Of a stretch of 42,021 bases of DNA, positions 36,515 through 42,021 are shown in pieces (position 1 is the first letter of the stretch; the number at the start of each line of letters is the position of its first letter). Source of the stretch: Octopus sinensis (lineage: Eukaryota). Location: NCBI RefSeq assembly GCF_006345805.1, contig NW_021835682.1, positions 1 to 42,021 on the forward strand. The letters are read 5' to 3'. Made by a program: the position numbers and the translations under genes. A model generated the notes under the pieces. The model saw only the letters and a list, made by a program, of their open reading frames with translations, did no database searches and had not been told where the DNA came from.

Positions 36515-36838
36515 AGTGAGGACCCCTTTGGTCACGAACGACCATGGGATTGCACCTAGAAAGTTCTCCAAGGCACAAGTCTAGGCAAGGTTGTCTATGG
36601 AAGACCAGCAGTCAATCATGCCTGCTCTCTCCACGCCACCGGTGTTCTCCAAAGGAAACGCAGAGCCCGATACAGTTTGGCACCTGTGACCTCGCAACTC
36701 ATTTCTATAGCTCAGTGAACTTGTGCAACGTCAAATGAAATGCCTTGTTCAAGAACACAATACATAGCATGATACGGGAAACGAGCTCCCTGCTTCATTA
36801 TTGTGAGCCTGACGCCCTAAGCAAAAAACCATGTGCCT
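36515..36838 (-). mobile_element. SINE family C
   Basis: GATTGCACCTAGAAAGTTCTCCAAGGCACAAG..GGTTGTCTATGGAAGACC and GTTCAAGAACACA match the reverse complement of 30699-31025. Confidence 0.8.
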
Positions 36839-36969
36839 TCACTATAGTTATGTACATATACATATAAATACATACGTACCAACATACATACATATGTCAG
36901 ATCGACAGACCGACAGATGAACAGACTAACAGGCACATCGCACATAGCCATATGTATATATATTCTATT

Positions 36970-37335
36970 TTTTGTTTCGGTCATTTGACTGCGGCCATTC
37001 TGGAGCACCGTCTTTAGTCGAACAAATCGCCCCCCCAGAACTTATTCTTTGTAAGCTTAATACCTATTCTATCGGCATCTTATGCCGAACCGCTACGTGA
37101 CGGGGACGTAAACACATCAGCATCGGTTGTTAAGCGACGTTGGTGGGGGGACAAACACAAACACACAAACATCTACATATATATATATATACGACGGGCT
37201 TCTTTCAGTTTCCGCCTACCAGTTCCACTCACAAGGCATTGGTCGACCCGAGGCTATAGTAGAAGACAATTGTCCAAGGTGCCACTCAGTGGGACCGAAC
37301 TCGGAACCATGCTACTTACCACACAGACACTATTG
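36970..37335 (-). mobile_element. SINE family B
   Basis: TTTGACTGCGGCCATTCTGGAGCACCG, GGGGACGTAAACACATCAGCATCGGTTG, CTTCTTTCAGTTTCCG landmarks. Confidence 0.85.
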
Positions 37336-39062
37336 CGCCTACATATATATATATATACGTACAGCGATGAGTAATAGATATACTTAGAGCTATCTATGTA
37401 TCGAACAAGTTTTGTATCTATCTCCTTACTCACTTACACACACACACACACACACACATGTCTATACCTGTATATTTCTACATTCATTAGAATGATGTGC
37501 CTTGTCCCTATATGTTAATATAAGCAATATGTTGCCGGAAACTAAGAGTCGGCCACCATTTTGAACTGGTAACTTAATACTCAATCTGCAGAAGAATATG
37601 TGTTTGTGTACCTTGTGACCAAACTGCATAAGTTTGAGGAGTAGGTGCCAATTCGATTAATGTTTTAAAACTTACGCCTTACATCTCTACTATGAATCTA
37701 ATGATTCGGATATTTGTCTTTCATCAGAGCAAATTAAAAGAGAAAAGAAAGTTGTTTGTATCTTCTATTGTGGACAAAGTATAAAGAGCTTACTAACAAC
37801 AATTTTATATTGAAAATAACATGAATAACAAACAAATATATATGCCCCACAGAGAAACAGTAACAACAACGACACGACCGTTTGACCTATAGCTGATCAA
37901 CACCAGCACTCACGCCACGAGGGTGTCAACTGGTCAGGTCAATTAGAATCTATTTTATATCCGCACCACCACATTATCAATCGACACGAGACTCATTTTC
38001 TAAAGTATACATACCAACGTCCTGTTTCATGATTTAAAACTACGGCCCATTAGCACTGACTGTATAAACACAAAATAAATTGATACTAAATACTCATTAA
38101 CATGCATAGATACAACGATGCAAACATATGCAAATATACATACACATATACATAAATATGTACACACATATATACGTATATATAGCTGTGTACATGCATA
38201 CATATATATATATATATCTATATCTTATCTATATATATATATATATATATGTGTAAATATAAATGCATATATATATACACATATATATATATATATACAT
38301 ATATATGTATGTTTATATAGAGAGAGGAAGAGAGATAGATAGATTGATAGATAGACAGATACATACATAAATACACACACATATATGTATGTGTACACAC
38401 ACACACATACACATATATATGTACACAAACACACACTGATACATATATATACGCCTACAGATGCATCCATTCATAAAAACACGCAGAGATATATGCATAC
38501 ATACATACATGCATACATACATACATACATACATGCATACATACATACATACATACATACATACATACATACATACATACATACATACATACATACATAC
38601 ATACATACAAGGGAAGCAGTCACAATTAATATTTATGAGCTTATAACTACTTTTCATTAAATCTCTGTTACTTGGTCGTGTTTTCTGAGTAAAATGTTAA
38701 ATAAATAAAGTCCACAACGTGTAGACTTAAAACAACAAACTTGACACCTTCGCGTACCAAACCGAGTGGAGCAATGCGGCTATTTAAGCCGATGTCGTAG
38801 GGCGAGGCTTGCCTTAACAGGTTAACGGTGCCACTACAATTAAGACGTATCTTATTCCTTGGGGTGACATTATGTTAAGTTTTCTTTTTCACCTATTAAT
38901 CTTGATAGGTTTCGGGTGGATGTGTGGGTGTCGGCGAGTGAGAGCGAAGATGATCTTAAGTGTGTTTGTGTAGTGTATGTTATGTTTGTGGTGTGTTTTA
39001 AGTGTGCGTGTGTGTGTGTGCGTATCTGTGTATGATTAGATGCTGGTATATAATATATATAT

Positions 39063-39098
<36 letters not shown>

Positions 39099-39273
39099 TT
39101 CTGTATATGCCTCTGTGTGTGAGTGAATGTGGAGGGCTTCTTTCAGTTTCGTCTTCCAAATCAAATCACAAGGCTTTGTTCTCTCTCACTCTCATTCTCT
39201 CTTTCCCTCTCTCACTCTCTCCTCCTCTCTTACTTCCTTGTTCTCTCTCTGTATACGGATTGTATGTATGTAT

Positions 39274-39305
<32 letters not shown>

Positions 39306-39380
39306 ATATATAATATATAATAAATATACATACATACATACATACATACATCCATACATACATACATACATATATATATA

Positions 39381-39790
<410 letters not shown>

Positions 39791-40390
39791 GAAGGGTGCG
39801 TGCGTGTATATATATATATATAATATATATAATATGTATATATATATAGATATATATAATATATATATACATATATATATATTTCAAAATAATAGTAGTA
39901 AATAAAACATATGAATATATACTAAATCCACAGACTAACAGAAACCGTAGAAAAACACAATTCCTATGTATATGGATTGTTTCCGTTGTCGTTATTATTG
40001 TTGTTGCTATAGTTAATGCTGTTGTTTAGCCTTAGGTCGAGTCGTTTGGAGAATACCCATGGTCAGCCACATTGGTCAACATTCTTATTCTATTTCTCCC
40101 AACACTTCATGTTCTGAATTCAACTCCTGTTGAAGCGAACCTTGTCCTTCATTACTTCAGAGTTGATAAAATGAAGTACCAGTCAAGTACAGAGGTTGAT
40201 GTCATGGCCTTGTACTCTTCCATCAGAATTGTTGGTGTTGAGTCTTGTAACTGGCCGGTGACCCGTAGCGCAGAAAGAATGCATAGAAGTTACTGAGGTA
40301 ACTTCTATGCGTTGAGAACGAGGAAACCTGCCTTTAGGAGTCCTAGGGTTAACAAAAAGAAAAAAATAATAAAATTATATTATAAATAAA

Positions 40391-40765
40391 GTCGGGGCAC
40401 TGTGGTAAGAAGCTTGCTTCCAAACCACATCTTTCCGAGTTCAGTCCTATGGCGTGGCATCTTAGCGAGTGTTTTCTACTATGTCCTCGTGCCAACCAAA
40501 ACGTTTGAAGTGACTTGGTGGACGGAACTCGAAAGAAGTCTATCGTAAATACATGTGTGTGTGGTTGTGTGTGTAAGGATCGCTTGACAAGCGGTGTTGG
40601 TGTGTTTACGTCCCCGCAACTCAGTGCTTCAGCAAAAGTGGCTGACGGAATAAGTACAAGGCTAACAAAGAACAGGCCCTTGAGTCGATTTCTTCAAATA
40701 AAACCCCTAAGGTATGGCTGCAGTGAAATAACTGAAGCAAGTAAAAGAATAAAAGAACAATAAAA
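40391..40765 (+). mobile_element. SINE family B
   Basis: TGTGGTAAGAAGCTTGCTTCC head, CCGAGTTCAGTCC B-box, CGCTTGACAAGCGGTGTTGGTGTGTTTACGTCCCCG, tail AAGTAAAAGAATAAAAG. Confidence 0.85.
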
Positions 40766-41377
40766 AAGTGTCAAAGACATTCTTGCTATGACCATCCAGA
40801 CTTTTGCTCCAAGCATTATGTAACTTGGTTTATATCATATTTATGTACGTCGAAACGTAGGTTGACAATTTGACTCATCCATATGTTCAAGGACAATATG
40901 ACTGACACTGGAAGATTCTGTTCCAGCATGGGCGTAATCCAATGTTTGAAACACCAACATTTACATTAACCAATGTTTCGTTTCTTTTTTATACATTAGG
41001 ATGCAAATTGAGGAGGACCACGCTGCCATTTCTAGGGGGAGTGATTACCGAAAGGCTTTCACCGTCGGTTCTTGTGGTCTTTGCCGATTTAGATTTGTGT
41101 TGTTCATGGCTGTGTTGGTAGTAGTGGTGGTAGTGATAATGGTGGGGGTGGTAGTGGTATTGGTGATGGCAGTTGTGGTGCAGGTGGTGCTGCTGATAGT
41201 TGTACTGATGTTGGTAGAGAGGGAGGTGGTGGAGGCGGTGGTAGTGGTGTTGGTGGTGGTGGTGGTGGTGGTGGTGGCTGTCGTAGTCATTGTCGTGGTG
41301 ATGTTGATAATAATGATCATGATGGATGGTAGTAGGCTGTGCGGGTGGTGGAGACGATGGTGATTATGATGTTATTG

Positions 41378-41761
41378 GTTTGTTTGTTTGTTTGTTTGTT
41401 TGTTGAGCGAAGCGGTCTTCGTCCCAGAGTGGGAGAAGTCCGAAACGTAGTCCTTTGCTATTCGTAAGACCCGCAGAAGAGAGAGCAGGTCAACCCCCGA
41501 CACCGAGAGCATCGACGGATGGATGAATGCGCATCCAGGCTCAGCGGTTGCGTAGGAAGTCGGGGATAAGAAACAGGAAGAAACTGTGAGAGAAATTTGG
41601 AGCGAAAGAATACAACAGGGGTCGCCACCACCCCTGCCGGAGCCTCGTGGAGCTTTAGGTATTTTCGCTCAATAAACACACACAACGCCCGGTCTGGGAA
41701 TCGAAACCGCGATCCTCCGACCGCGAGTCCGCTGCCATAATCACTGGGCCATTGCGCTTCC
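41378..41761 (-). mobile_element. SINE family D head with a different body; (AAAC)n tail
   Basis: Head GGAAGCGCAATGGCCCAGTG..GCAGCGGACTCGCGGTCG..GGTTTCGATTCCCAGACCGGGCG matches 16508 for ~160 nt, then diverges. Confidence 0.8.
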
Positions 41762-41974
41762 ACGATGTTGCTGGTTGCGGTAGGGGTTGTGGTGATGGTG
41801 ATTGCGGTTATTGTGATAATGGTGGTGACGGTGAAGGTTATGGTGAAGGCGACAGTGACGGTGGGTATTGCAATGATGGCGATGATGTTGATGCTGTCGA
41901 TGTTAATTTTCCTGTTAATGTAGTTGTTGCTATTGTAGTCGTCATTACTGAGACTCAGTTGCTTCTGAATCACA

Positions 41975-42021
41975 TGGTACTGGGTTCGGTCCCACTACGT
42001 GGCACCTCGACCATGTGTCTT
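41975..42021 (+). mobile_element. 5' part of a SINE family B copy, cut by the window end
   Basis: ATGGTACTGGGTTCGGTCCCACTACGTGGCACCTCG..GTGTCTT matches the family B head. Confidence 0.7.

Noticed and set aside
37695-37730. Minus-strand CTGATGA as a hammerhead core
   Set aside because: No helix II pairing and no GAAA/helix III/UH downstream.

Overview
Eukaryotic, AT-rich DNA saturated with repeats; no bacterial-style features (no CRISPR array, no operons) and no host protein-coding gene that I can support. The tRNA-derived SINE families and dense (TA)n/(CA)n/(GATA)n/(TAA)n/(GGT)n microsatellites look like an octopod cephalopod genome (Octopus-like), intergenic or a large intron; the taxon is recognised from memory, not from a search. 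Nearly all long ORFs in the supplied track are translations of microsatellites. The real coding remnants are transposon debris: a Penelope-like GIY-YIG endonuclease C-terminus (~2450-2728 +), a hAT transposase C-terminus (8923-9024 -), two R4/Dong-like restriction-like-endonuclease (RLE) LINE fragments (18540-19180 -, 23400-23750 +) and a possible CR1/L2-like endonuclease relic (~20240-20440 +). About 25 SINE copies from four families are present. The most interesting signal is a set of minimal type I hammerhead ribozyme (HHR) motifs. One has a canonical core and sits downstream of the Penelope ORF (3019-3107). Two form an inverted pair inside a 79-bp-arm hairpin and carry the compensatory U3-A8 core pair (12514-12694). 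Two more identical copies have A6U plus an extra A (32831-32866 -, 39620-39655 -), and one is decayed (33205-33243). HHRs in Penelope-like elements are known in general; the core variants and the sense/antisense arrangement are what merit testing. All alignments and folds were done by eye, and repeat boundaries are approximate (+/-10-20 nt).
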